The notes under the pieces were generated by a model that did no database searches, had not been told where the DNA came from, and saw only the letters and a list, made by a program, of their open reading frames with translations. DNA of 57,055 nucleotides, from positions 1-57,055 of the forward strand of contig DASSPG010000144.1 of NCBI GenBank assembly GCA_035699725.1. Reading direction: 5' to 3'. The DNA is from Candidatus Limnocylindrales bacterium. GTDB taxonomy: Bacteria; Chloroflexota; Limnocylindria; Limnocylindrales; CSP1-4. The stretch's first letter is position 1. The number at the start of each line of letters is the position of its first letter. Both the position numbers and the translations under genes were made by a program. Positions 1 through 9,610 of the stretch are shown here, piece after piece.

Positions 1-158
1 TCGCGGCCCACGACGGGCTCCTGGTACGGGCCGTACGAATACCGGGCGTCGGGACTGAACAGGTCGCCGATCTCGGTCGGACTGCCGGATCGCCAGGCGG
101 CAATGTAGCGATCGAGCCAGGCCTGGAAGGTCGTCGTGTCCACGTCGTGCTCCCGCAC
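1..158 (-). CDS. SnoaL/NTF2-like domain protein, 5' part only (continues past window start)
   Basis: Reverse-strand reading from GTG at 158 gives VREHDVDTTTFQAWLDRYIAAWRSGSPTEIGDLFSPDARYSYGPYQEPVVGR, which resembles the start of SnoaL-like fold proteins. The frame has strong G/C third-position bias and a TAGCCT hexamer lies 5 nt upstream. It is too short to appear in the ORF track. Confidence 0.4.
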   Translation of the reverse strand, partial: MREHDVDTTTFQAWLDRYIAAWRSGSPTEIGDLFSPDARYSYGPYQEPVVGR

Positions 159-282
159 TGCGAAGGCTAACCAGTCAAGTAGATCATACAGGTTACGCCA
201 TCCCGGCCGTCAAGCCCGCCGCAGCCTCCCCGGTGTGATGTAATTGGCCTCCCTTCGCGCCCCGTGATCGAGGTCGAGCGCC

Positions 283-1617
283 ATGGCCACCACCGCCCCG
301 TCCGGCATGTCCACCGAGGAGATCGTCCGCCTCTCCCGCGAGCACACGTTCTTCTCGTGGTCGGCCCAGGGCGCGATCGACCCGATCGCCATCGATCGGG
401 CCGAGGGCGTCTACCTCTATACCCCGGAAGGGCGCCGGATCCTCGACTTCAACAGCCAGCTGATGTCGGTCAACATCGGCCACGGCGATCGGCGGGTGAT
501 CGATGCGATCACCGCCCAGGCGACGAAGCTCCAGTACGTCCAGCCGGCGTTCGCGACGGAGCCGCGTGCGCGACTCGGCAGGAAGCTGGCCGAGATCCTG
601 CCGGGTGACCTCGACAAGGTGTTCTTCACGCTCGGCGGGGCCGAGGCGATCGAGAACGCGATCAAGCTCGCCCGGGCCTACACGGGCCGCCACAAGATCC
701 TGGCCCGCTACCGGGCCTACCACGGCGCGACCCTCGGCGCGATGACCCTGACCGGCGACCCGCGCCGCTGGGCGAACGAGCCGGCCCTCGTCGGCGTCGT
801 CCGCTATCCGGACACCCACCGCTGGGGCGAGGCGGAGCCGCGCCCCGCCGCCGAGGCCCTCCAGGGCCTGGAGGACGTGATCCGCTACGAGGGCGCCCAC
901 ACGATCGCCGCGATCTTCCTCGAGACGATCGTCGGGACCAACGGCATCCTCATCCCGCCCGACGGCTACATCGCCGGCGTCCGCGAGATCTGCGATCGGC
1001 ACGGGATCCTGATGGTCGCCGACGAGGTCATGGCCGGCTTCGGCCGGACGGGCCGCTGGTTCGCGATCGACCACTGGGGCGTGACGCCGGACCTGATGAC
1101 GATGGCCAAGGGTCTGACCTCGTCGTACCTCCCGCTCGGCGCGGTCGCGATGACCCACAAGGTCGCGGCCCACTTCGACACGAACTTCTACTACGGTGGC
1201 CTGACCTACTCCAGCCACGCCGTGTCGTGTGCGGCGGCGCTGGCCACGATCGCGGTCTACGAGGAGGACGGGCTGATCGAGAACGCGGCCCGGCTCGACG
1301 CGGTCATGCGCCGCCACCACGAGGAGCTGGCGGCCCGCCATCCGTCGGTGGGGGCGCACCGCAACCTCGGGCTGTTCGGGATCCTCGATCTCGTCCGCAG
1401 CCGCGACCCCTGGACGCCGCTCACCCCGTTCAACGGCACGAGCGACGAGATGAAGGCGATCGGCAAGTACCTCCGCGAGCACGACGTCTACACGATGATC
1501 GCGAACAATTCGATCCACACCAACCCGCCGCTGTGCATCACGGACGAGCAGCTTGCCGAGGGGTTCGCGGTCATCGACGCCGCCCTCGACATCGCCGATC
1601 AGGCGGTGACGGGCTAG
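283..1617 (+). CDS. class-III PLP-dependent aminotransferase (omega-amino acid/taurine:pyruvate type)
   Basis: 444-aa ORF with typical class-III blocks: FNSQLMSVNIGHG, FFTLGGAEAIENAIKLAR, LMVADEVMAGFGRTG and MTMAKGLTSSY (the PLP lysine region). Confidence 0.9.
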   Translation: MATTAPSGMSTEEIVRLSREHTFFSWSAQGAIDPIAIDRAEGVYLYTPEGRRILDFNSQLMSVNIGHGDRRVIDAITAQATKLQYVQPAFATEPRARLGRKLAEILPGDLDKVFFTLGGAEAIENAIKLARAYTGRHKILARYRAYHGATLGAMTLTGDPRRWANEPALVGVVRYPDTHRWGEAEPRPAAEALQGLEDVIRYEGAHTIAAIFLETIVGTNGILIPPDGYIAGVREICDRHGILMVADEVMAGFGRTGRWFAIDHWGVTPDLMTMAKGLTSSYLPLGAVAMTHKVAAHFDTNFYYGGLTYSSHAVSCAAALATIAVYEEDGLIENAARLDAVMRRHHEELAARHPSVGAHRNLGLFGILDLVRSRDPWTPLTPFNGTSDEMKAIGKYLREHDVYTMIANNSIHTNPPLCITDEQLAEGFAVIDAALDIADQAVTG

Positions 1618-1620
1618 CCC

Positions 1621-2553
1621 ATGACGACCGCGACCGCGACCCGCGGCGGCCGCATCGCCCTGGAATCGCCCGCTCCGGCCGGCCGTCGGCGGCGCATCGT
1701 GACGGCCGTCCTCGTCGTCGTCGCCATCCTGGTCGTCTGGGAGGGGGTCAAGTTCATCGGCGGAACCCCGTGGCGCGCGCCTGGCGCGATCCCGGGCTCC
1801 GGCTCGCCGATCCTCTGGAACCCGCCCGTTCGCTGGGCGTTCGCGAACGACCTCAACCTGCCCCACGTCTGGAACATCGGCCTCGCGTTCCTGGAGCCGT
1901 GGCAGCGCGGTGCCGATCGCAACGTCGCCCAGTTCCTGTTCGACGCCGCGCTCTACACCTGGCGCGAGGCGGCGCTCGGCTTCCTGCTCGGGACCGCGAT
2001 CGGGCTGGCCCTCGCCACCGTGTTCGTCCATTCGCGGCTGCTCGAGCGGGCGCTCGTCCCGTACGTCGTGGCGAGCCAGACGGTGCCGATCATCGCCCTC
2101 GCCCCGATGATCGTCTTCGCCTTCGGGGCGAACGTGACCTCGGTCGTCGTCATCGCCACCTACCTGACCTTCTTCCCGGTGACGATCGCGATGATCCGCG
2201 GCCTCCGCTCGTTCGATCCGCGCGCCCTCGAACTGATGCGCTCGTACGCCGCCAGCCGGGTCGAGATCTACCGCAAGCTGCGCTTCCCGGCCTCGCTCCC
2301 GTACCTGTTCACCGCCCTGAAGATCGCGGCGACCGCGAGCATCGTCGGCGCGATCATCGGGGAGGGCCCGGGCGGGATCGCGAACGGTCTCGGGCGGGTG
2401 ATCATCAACTACAACCAGTACTACATCACGGGGCCGGAGAAGCTCTGGGCGGCGATCATCGCCTCGGGCATCCTCGGCGTCGCGTTCTACCTGATCGTTC
2501 GAGCCGTCGAGGTCGCCGTCCTGCGCGGGCGGCCCGGCGCGGCCGAGGGATGA
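1621..2553 (+). CDS. ABC transporter permease (NitT/TauT-type)
   Basis: 310-aa polytopic protein starting 4 nt after the aminotransferase stop. It carries an EAA-like loop region (MRSYAASRVEIYRKLRFPASLPY) shared with the second permease. Confidence 0.85.
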   Translation: MTTATATRGGRIALESPAPAGRRRRIVTAVLVVVAILVVWEGVKFIGGTPWRAPGAIPGSGSPILWNPPVRWAFANDLNLPHVWNIGLAFLEPWQRGADRNVAQFLFDAALYTWREAALGFLLGTAIGLALATVFVHSRLLERALVPYVVASQTVPIIALAPMIVFAFGANVTSVVVIATYLTFFPVTIAMIRGLRSFDPRALELMRSYAASRVEIYRKLRFPASLPYLFTALKIAATASIVGAIIGEGPGGIANGLGRVIINYNQYYITGPEKLWAAIIASGILGVAFYLIVRAVEVAVLRGRPGAAEG

Positions 2554-2577
2554 CCACATGACTGGAGCTCGCCCCCG

Positions 2578-3464
<887 letters not shown>

Positions 3465-3468
<4 letters not shown>

Positions 3469-4331
3469 GCGTTGCCCTGCCGCCCGCGGTGGGCGCGTCG
3501 GCCGGCGCAGGCGGGCGGGCCGGCCAGCGGCGGCCGTCACGCGACACGGCACGCACGATCGCGTGGTACCTCCCCGCGATCCTCGTCTTCGCCGGTGGGA
3601 TCGTGGCGTGGGAGCTGATCGTCGGCGCCCTCAACCTCCAGGCGTTCGTGTTCCCGAAGCCGTCGGCGATCGTGGCGGCGCTCCAAGCCAACTGGGGGAG
3701 CGGCCGGTTCGCCCTGCTGCCGTCGGCGGTGGCGACGTTCCAGGAGGCGCTCCTCGGGCTGGCCATCGGCACCGCCGCCGGGGTCATCGTTGCCTTTGCC
3801 TCGGCCCGCTGGGTGACCGCCCGCGGGATCCTGCTCCCGATGGCGGTCGCCGCCAACGCCGTCCCGATCATCGCGTTCGCCCCGCTCCTGAACAACTGGT
3901 TCGGCCTGCTCAACCCGCTGTCGAAGGCCCTCATGGCCGCGGTCCTCGTCTTCTTCCCCGTCATGGCCAACGTCACCCGTGGCCTCGTCCAGGTGGAAGC
4001 CGGATCGCTCGAGCTCATGCGCTCGTACGCGGCGAGCGAGTGGACGATCCTGCGCAAGGTCCGGATCCCGAACGCCCTGCCGTACTTCTTCACGGCCCTG
4101 AAGGTGGCCACGACGCTGAGCCTGATCGGGGCGATCGTCGGCGAGTACTTCGGCGGGGCGAACACGGTCCTCGGGCGGGTCATCGTCCAGAGCGCGAGCG
4201 CCCTGAAGTTCGACGTGACGTGGGCCGCGATCATCCTCGGCGCGGGGACGGGGATCGCCCTGTACCTCGGGGTCGTCCTCGTCGAGCGCCTCGTGATCCC
4301 ATGGGCCGCGGCGATGCGCGCCGACGGCTGA
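3465..4331 (+). CDS. ABC transporter permease (second subunit)
   Basis: The GTG start overlaps the ATPase stop (GTGA). 288-aa polytopic protein with MRSYAASEWTILRKVRIPNALPY, paralogous to the first permease. Confidence 0.85.
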
Positions 4332-4490
4332 GGCCGCGCGCCGTTCTCCTGGAACGCCGCCGCGCCACCTCCTCCGGCGGGAATCGCCTCACCCGGAGCG
4401 GCTCCGAGGTCGTATTCTTCCGCCTTCGGCGAGTGCATCGTCGCGAGGAACGCGCTCCGCGTGGGGCCGAGCGCATCGCAGGAGGAGTCC

Positions 4491-5687
4491 ATGGAGATCA
4501 GGAAGCGCGGCTTCGCGTTGACCGCGGTGGCGGCGGTCGTCTTCGCGGCGTGCACGCCGGCGGCGACCAACGCCCCGGCCTCGCAGACGCCGGCCAGCAA
4601 CCCGCCGGCGAGCGCATCGTCGGACGCGTCCGCACCGCCCCCCAGCACGTCGGCCGAGGCGGCCACCGTCCGGCTCCAGCTCCAGTGGGTGCCGCAGGCC
4701 CAGTTCGCCGGCTACTTCGCCGCGGAGAAGCAGGGCTACTACAAGGCCGAGAACCTGACGGTCAACATCGTGCCGGGCGGCCCGGACGTCATCCCGCAGG
4801 TGGAGGGCTCCAAGGCCGACGGCCCGGAGTTCACGATCAGCTGGGTACCCAAGGTCCTCGAGGCCCGCGAGGGCGGCTCGGACCTCGTCGACATCGCCCA
4901 GATCTTCCAGCGCTCCGGCACGCTGTCGGTGACCTGGAAGGACACCGGCCTCGATGATCCGTGCAAGCTCGCCGGCAAGAAGGTCGGCGTGTGGGACTTC
5001 GGCAACGAGTTCGAGGTCACGGCCGGTCTCCTCGGCTGCGGCCTGACGCCCGGCCTCGAGAACAACGGGGACCCGACCAAGCAGTACCAGAAGGTCATCC
5101 AGGCCTTCGACATGAAGGCGTTCCTGGCCCGCGAGATCGATGCCGCCGAGGCGATGATCTACAACGAGTACGCCCAGGTCCTCGAGGCCCAGGATCCGGC
5201 CACCGGCGAGCTGTACAAGCCCGAGCAGCTCAACGTCCTCAACTGGAACGACTACCGGGTCGCGATGCTCCAGGACGCGATCTTCGTCCGCAAGGCGTGG
5301 CTCGACACCGGCACCAACCGCGACATCGCCGTTCGCTTCGTCCGGGCGTCGCTCAAGGGCTGGATCTACTGCCGCGACAAGCCGGATGACTGCGTCCAGT
5401 ACACGACCGAGGCGGGCAGCCAGCTCGGCGCCGGTCACCAGAAGTGGATGATGAACGAGGTCAACGCCCTCGTCTGGCCGTCGCCCGTCGGCGTCGGGGT
5501 GATCGATCCGGTGTTCTGGCAGCAGACCGTGAAGGTCGCCAAGGCGACCGGGATCATCAAGGCCGATCCGTCGATCGACGCCTACACGTCCGACATCGTC
5601 AAGGAGGCCCTCACCGGCATCACCGACGACACGAAGGGCGCCAACTTCCAGAAGGGCACCGTCGAGGTGACGCCGGGCGGCAACTGA
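4491..5687 (+). CDS. ABC transporter substrate-binding lipoprotein (NMT1/THI5-like)
   Basis: ATG preceded by AGGAGGAG. Lipobox-like signal MEIRKRGFALTAVAAVVFAAC. QLQWVPQAQFAGYFAA is typical of NMT1/SsuA-type binding proteins. The track start at 4461 was judged too early. Confidence 0.85.
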   Translation: MEIRKRGFALTAVAAVVFAACTPAATNAPASQTPASNPPASASSDASAPPPSTSAEAATVRLQLQWVPQAQFAGYFAAEKQGYYKAENLTVNIVPGGPDVIPQVEGSKADGPEFTISWVPKVLEAREGGSDLVDIAQIFQRSGTLSVTWKDTGLDDPCKLAGKKVGVWDFGNEFEVTAGLLGCGLTPGLENNGDPTKQYQKVIQAFDMKAFLAREIDAAEAMIYNEYAQVLEAQDPATGELYKPEQLNVLNWNDYRVAMLQDAIFVRKAWLDTGTNRDIAVRFVRASLKGWIYCRDKPDDCVQYTTEAGSQLGAGHQKWMMNEVNALVWPSPVGVGVIDPVFWQQTVKVAKATGIIKADPSIDAYTSDIVKEALTGITDDTKGANFQKGTVEVTPGGN

Positions 5688-5730
5688 GCCGGTGGGCGGG
5701 GCCGCCGGCCTCGCCTTCGCCACACGCATG

Positions 5731-5763
5731 ACGGCCGGTCCCACGAGGGGCCGGCCGTTTTCG
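5731..5763 (+). terminator. rho-independent terminator after the ABC importer operon
   Basis: ACGGCCGGTCCC / GGGGCCGGCCGT forms a 12-bp stem (one G-U pair) with a 4-nt loop, followed by TTTTCG. It lies 44 nt after the SBP stop. Confidence 0.6.
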
Positions 5764-5961
5764 ATTCACCCCGGATCCCCGGCCGTTGCCCTCCCGGTCT
5801 AGACTGGGCCTCGGCTCGCCCCGAGATCCGGGGGATGCACAGCGGCCCGATCGGCAGCCCGTGGCTCCCAGCGCCGAGGCTTCGCGATCGATCCGGCCCA
5901 CACCGGCGACGCCGCCGCCACGTCCGCCAGGACGTTTCGGCACGACGCCCAGGAGGTGCCC

Positions 5962-6639
5962 ATGCCCGCCCGCCTCCGCCGCCTCCGCCGCTTCCCGCTC
6001 GTTTCGATGGTCCTGGCCGCGTGCCTGCTCGCCGTGCTGGCGCTGCCGGCCGGCGCCGCGAACGGCTTCAGTCGCGACCTGTACTTCGCCGCCGGCTACG
6101 AGCGCCAGGTGGACAACCGGACGTGCATCCCGGCATCGACCGCGATGATGATGAACTTCATCGCCCGGCGCGACCTGCGCCTCGACCAGATGGCGATCCT
6201 GCGCTACGCCCAGCCGCGTGACGCCCTGAACAACGCTACGCAGCGCGGCTCCGACCCGCTCGGATGGTCACGAGCGGCAACGTACTACTCGCGCTACACG
6301 GGCAAGCCGACGACCTACAACTGGGAGGCGTACGGCAGCGAGTCCGCGGCCCTGCGCCGCGCCGCCCGCCAGATCGCGGTCACCGGCAAGCCGGTCGGCC
6401 TGCTGGTCGCCCACGGGACGCACGCGGTCGTGATGACCGGCTTCAGCGCCACGGGCAACCCGGCCTCGATGCGGTCCTGGACGCTCAGCTCGATCTGGTA
6501 CAGCGATCCGTACGGCTACGCCCATCGCTCCGTGGCCGCGGCCTACTCGCCGCTCAACACGTACACCCAGACCGATGCCACGTCCTACTACGACGCCAAG
6601 TGGTACGGCAAGTACGTGGTGATCATCCCGCAGGGTTGA
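5962..6639 (+). CDS. secreted papain-fold cysteine peptidase (C39-like domain)
   Basis: AGGAGG lies 5 nt before the ATG. Signal peptide LVSMVLAACLLAVLALPAGAA. A Gln-x5-Cys block (YERQVDNRTCIPASTAMMM) and a later His (GTHAVVMTGF) match the Gln/Cys/His arrangement of C39-like peptidases. Confidence 0.6.
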   Translation: MPARLRRLRRFPLVSMVLAACLLAVLALPAGAANGFSRDLYFAAGYERQVDNRTCIPASTAMMMNFIARRDLRLDQMAILRYAQPRDALNNATQRGSDPLGWSRAATYYSRYTGKPTTYNWEAYGSESAALRRAARQIAVTGKPVGLLVAHGTHAVVMTGFSATGNPASMRSWTLSSIWYSDPYGYAHRSVAAAYSPLNTYTQTDATSYYDAKWYGKYVVIIPQG

Positions 6640-6656
6640 TCCCGGCTCGGCCGGCC

Positions 6657-6861
6657 GTGGCGCCCCGCGCCCGGCCACGCCCGCCGTGGCGCCCGCGCCT
6701 GAGTGGCGCGAAGCTGTCTGGCGACCCTCACCCGGGCGCCCCGCGCGCGGCCGGCACCGACGTGGCGCCCGCGCCCGGCCAGGCCCGCCGCAGCGCCCGC
6801 GCCCGAGTGGCGCGAAGCTGCCTTACGACCCTCACCCGGGCGTTATGCGGCCGGCACCGAC
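6657..6861. repeat. about 100-bp unit duplicated head to tail (6657..6761 and 6762..6861), imperfect
   Basis: Both copies run GTGGCGCCCGCGCCCGGCCA.GCCCGCC...GCGCCCGCGCC.GAGTGGCGCGAAGCTG...GACCCTCACCCGGGCG...GCGGCCGGCACCGAC. The copies differ by a few substitutions and a 5-bp indel. Each contains a CGCGCC-N5-GGCGCG hairpin. Confidence 0.8.
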
Positions 6862-6977
6862 CCGGTGCGTCCGGGCTGAGCGTGGTGGATCAGGCAGGAG
6901 TTGTCATCCGCCCGCCTCATGGACATTACGCAAGAACCTGGTGCCTAGCGCCTGCCTGGTGCTCATTCGACAATTTC

Positions 6978-7057
6978 GGGGATCGCGGGGATCGCGGGGA
7001 TCGCGGGGATCGCGGGGATCGCGGGGATCGCGGGGATCGCGGGGATCGCGGGATCGC
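6978..7057. repeat. 9-bp microsatellite (GGGGATCGC) x 8 perfect copies plus one truncated copy
   Basis: Read directly from the sequence: eight consecutive GGGGATCGC units at 6978..7049, then GGGATCGC. The array is intergenic. Confidence 0.95.
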
Positions 7058-7202
7058 GCGGAGCGCCCGCACCCGCGAGGCCGGATTGACGGGCACGTTT
7101 GACGGATCGGGCCGTGGGGCCGAAGGTGGGGTCCACGAGTCGCAGGCGCCGGGCTTTGCTCTCTCCCAGCCCGCAGCGCGCGATCGATCGGAATGCACTC
7201 CC

Positions 7203-7487
7203 ATGGCACGCACCCGCTTCGCCTCGCCCGAGGCGAACATCGTCGTCAGCAGCGACGGCTTCTTCGACGTCTACCCCGCCGTCACCCGGACCGACGGCGA
7301 CAAGCCGGCGTATCGCGGCCTGCTCGGCGAGCTCGGCCCCGGCATCCGGGCCGTCGACGAGGGCCTCGCAGTCCGCCCGGATTCGGTCGCGCTCGCCGAC
7401 GCGGTCCGCAGCTGGTCCACGGCCAATGGCGCCGCGGCCGTCCGCGGCGAGCTCGGCAAGGGCCGCGACGGCACGCCGCTCGCCTGA
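7203..7487 (+). CDS. hypothetical protein (94 aa)
   Basis: An ATG internal to track ORF 6264..7487. From this ATG onward nearly every codon ends in G/C and the composition looks natural (MARTRFASPEANIVVSSDGFFDVYPAV...). I recognise no family. Confidence 0.5.
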   Translation: MARTRFASPEANIVVSSDGFFDVYPAVTRTDGDKPAYRGLLGELGPGIRAVDEGLAVRPDSVALADAVRSWSTANGAAAVRGELGKGRDGTPLA

Positions 7488-7506
7488 GACGCAACCCCCC
7501 GGGCGC

Positions 7507-8151
7507 TCAGCTCGAGTGGCCGGTCCCGAACTGGCGGTCGCCGGCGTCGCCGAGGCCCGGCATGATGTAGCCCTTCTCGTTGAGCTGGCGGTCGAGCGCG
7601 GCGCAGTGGATCTCGACGTCCGGGTGCGCCTCCGCCACCGCGGCCACGCCTTCCGGTGCCGCGATGAGGTTCACGAGCTTGATCCGGACCGCGCCCCACT
7701 TCTTCAGCACGTCGATCGCCGCCGTCGCCGACCCGCCCGTGGCGAGCATCGGGTCGAGGATCAGGCACAGGTCGACCGCGTGGGAGTCCGGCAGCTTGTT
7801 GTAGTACTCGACCGGCTGGAGCGTCCGTTCGTCGCGGAACAGGCCCAGGTGCCAGACCTCCGCGGTCGGCATGAGCTCGAGCATGGCGTCGACCATGCCC
7901 AGGCCGGCACGCAGGATCGGGACGAGCCCGATCCGGTCGGCCAGCTGGCTCGCCTCCATCTCCTCGATCGGGGTCCGGATCGTCAGCGGCCGGACCTTGA
8001 CGTCGGCCAGGGCCTCGTAGCCGAGCAGCCACGACAGCTCGCGGACGACCTCGCGGAACTTCTTCGGCTCCGTCCGCTCATCGCGCAGGATCGCGAGCTT
8101 GTGGAGCACCGCGGGGTGACTCGAGACGTGCAGGGTGGGCGGCTGGGACAT
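7507..8151 (-). CDS. upp: uracil phosphoribosyltransferase
   Basis: 214 aa with [10 protein letters not shown], the PRPP loop [13 protein letters not shown], and the C-terminal [17 protein letters not shown] lies 4 nt upstream. Confidence 0.95.
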   Translation of the reverse strand: MSQPPTLHVSSHPAVLHKLAILRDERTEPKKFREVVRELSWLLGYEALADVKVRPLTIRTPIEEMEASQLADRIGLVPILRAGLGMVDAMLELMPTAEVWHLGLFRDERTLQPVEYYNKLPDSHAVDLCLILDPMLATGGSATAAIDVLKKWGAVRIKLVNLIAAPEGVAAVAEAHPDVEIHCAALDRQLNEKGYIMPGLGDAGDRQFGTGHSS

Positions 8152-8372
8152 CGGGCCTCCGGGTGGGGCGCATCGGCGCGCCGCCCCGAATGCTAGCGCG
8201 CAACGTCGGGCGGTCGTCGACCGTGTACCGTCCGATCCGGCCGGCGTCGATCCCGGATGGCTCCCCCCGAGTGCCCGCGGGAGGTCGTACGGGGTCGATC
8301 CGGCCGAAGGGCGATCCGGCGGGACCGGATTCGGTCGCGTCCCGGGAGTTCGGGCGCTATTCTCGCGGGACC

Positions 8373-9551
8373 TTGGCCACGACCGACAAGCCCACGACGA
8401 GGCCCGCCCACGCTGCCGGCACCGGCCGCCCGCCGGCAGCCCGCCCCGCCGGCCGGGCGACGCGCCGGCCGGCTCCGATCCTCGTCCGCCAGATGCGCAA
8501 CGGGATCGAGGAGAGTGTCCATCGCGGCGACGTCGTCGAAGCGGACGTCGACGGCGCCCTGATCCGCGGCCTGGGCGATCCGGATCGGGTCGCCAACCTG
8601 CGGAGCTGCGTCAAGCCGTTCGGTGTCTGCGCGTTGATCGAGGCGGGCGGGGTCGAGGCCTTCGACCTCGAGCCCGCCGAGCTGGCGCTGATGGCCAGCT
8701 CCCATTCGGGCGAGGACCTCCACGTCCGGACCCTCCAGGGAATGTTCCGGCGAGCGGGGGTCAGCCAGGCGCTGATCGCGACCGGCACCGCCGGCATGCC
8801 GCTCGACGCGCTGACGGCGGCCCGCCTCGCCCGCGACGGCGAGAAGCCCAGCCCGAACCGCCACATGTGCTCGGGGCAGCACTCGGTGTTCCTCCTCCTG
8901 TCCCGGCTCCGCGGCTGGGACCCGGCCGAGTACTGGCTTGACGGCCATCCCGCCCAGGTGGCGTACCGGTCGGTCGTGGCGCGAGTGTTCGGGATCAGCG
9001 TCGGACGCCTGCGGACCGGGATCGATGGCTGCGGGGTCCCGACGTATGCCTTCCCGCTGCGCGAGATCGCCCGCGCGTACGCCTTCCTGGCGGACCCGCT
9101 CGCGCTGCCCGAGTCCGATGCCCGCTCCGCCCTCGCGCCCGCCCTCCTCCGGGTCCGCGACGCGATGCTCGCCCATCCCGAGGTCGTGGGCGGGACGCGC
9201 GACCGGCTCGACACGTCGCTGATGAAGGCGGCATCCGGGCGGATCGTCAGCAAGGGCGGGATGGAGGCGCTGCGAGGCCTCGCCGTGCTGCCCGGCGCCC
9301 GATCCGTCGCCGAGGGTGCATCGCCGTCGCGCGCATCAGGCATCGCGCTCAAGATCGAGGACGGCGACGGGCACGATCGCGGAACGTGGTCGGCGACCGT
9401 CGAGGTCCTCGCCCAGGCCGGCGTCCTGGACGGCCAGTCGCTGCGGGTCCTCTCGCGCTACCACCGCCCGGTCGACGTCGATCCGCACGGTCGGATCGGG
9501 GCCGAGGCGATCCCGGACTTCGAGCTCGCTCCGCTCGGGGAACTGGTCTAG
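8373..9551 (+). CDS. asparaginase-II family protein (thermolabile L-asparaginase type)
   Basis: [29 protein letters not shown] and IDGCGVPT resemble the Rhizobium-type asparaginase II family. The start is uncertain: TTG 8373 is 9 nt after a TATTCT hexamer, and ATG 8493 is the alternative. The track start at 8163 is unlikely. Confidence 0.8.
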   Translation: MATTDKPTTRPAHAAGTGRPPAARPAGRATRRPAPILVRQMRNGIEESVHRGDVVEADVDGALIRGLGDPDRVANLRSCVKPFGVCALIEAGGVEAFDLEPAELALMASSHSGEDLHVRTLQGMFRRAGVSQALIATGTAGMPLDALTAARLARDGEKPSPNRHMCSGQHSVFLLLSRLRGWDPAEYWLDGHPAQVAYRSVVARVFGISVGRLRTGIDGCGVPTYAFPLREIARAYAFLADPLALPESDARSALAPALLRVRDAMLAHPEVVGGTRDRLDTSLMKAASGRIVSKGGMEALRGLAVLPGARSVAEGASPSRASGIALKIEDGDGHDRGTWSATVEVLAQAGVLDGQSLRVLSRYHRPVDVDPHGRIGAEAIPDFELAPLGELV

Positions 9552-9610
9552 AGCCCGCCGCGCCGCGCGTCCGTCGACGCGATCCCGCGGCAGGCGGCAT
9601 CCTTCGGACG

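Noticed and set aside
159-282. A possible TPP or other riboswitch upstream of the operon encoding an NMT1/THI5-like binding protein.
   Set aside because: I could not find the conserved CUGAGA or ACCUGAUCUGGAUAAUGCCAGCG-type elements, nor a convincing multi-stem structure. The region is better explained as a divergent promoter.
6978-7057. Whether the tandem arrays (9 bp x8 here, 21 bp x4 at 11864, 13 bp x3 at 30618) could be CRISPR arrays.
   Set aside because: The units are contiguous with no spacers, are far shorter than CRISPR repeats, and no cas genes are present.
6686-7240. ORFs reading through the 9-bp microsatellite as (GSR)n, (PRD)n or (RSP)n repeat proteins (6686..7102 on the plus strand; 6904..7209 and 6926..7240 on the minus strand).
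   Set aside because: All three frames are open only because the repeat contains no stop codon. The flanking parts are Arg/Pro-rich with poor third-position bias. There is no SD or -10 element at the proposed starts.
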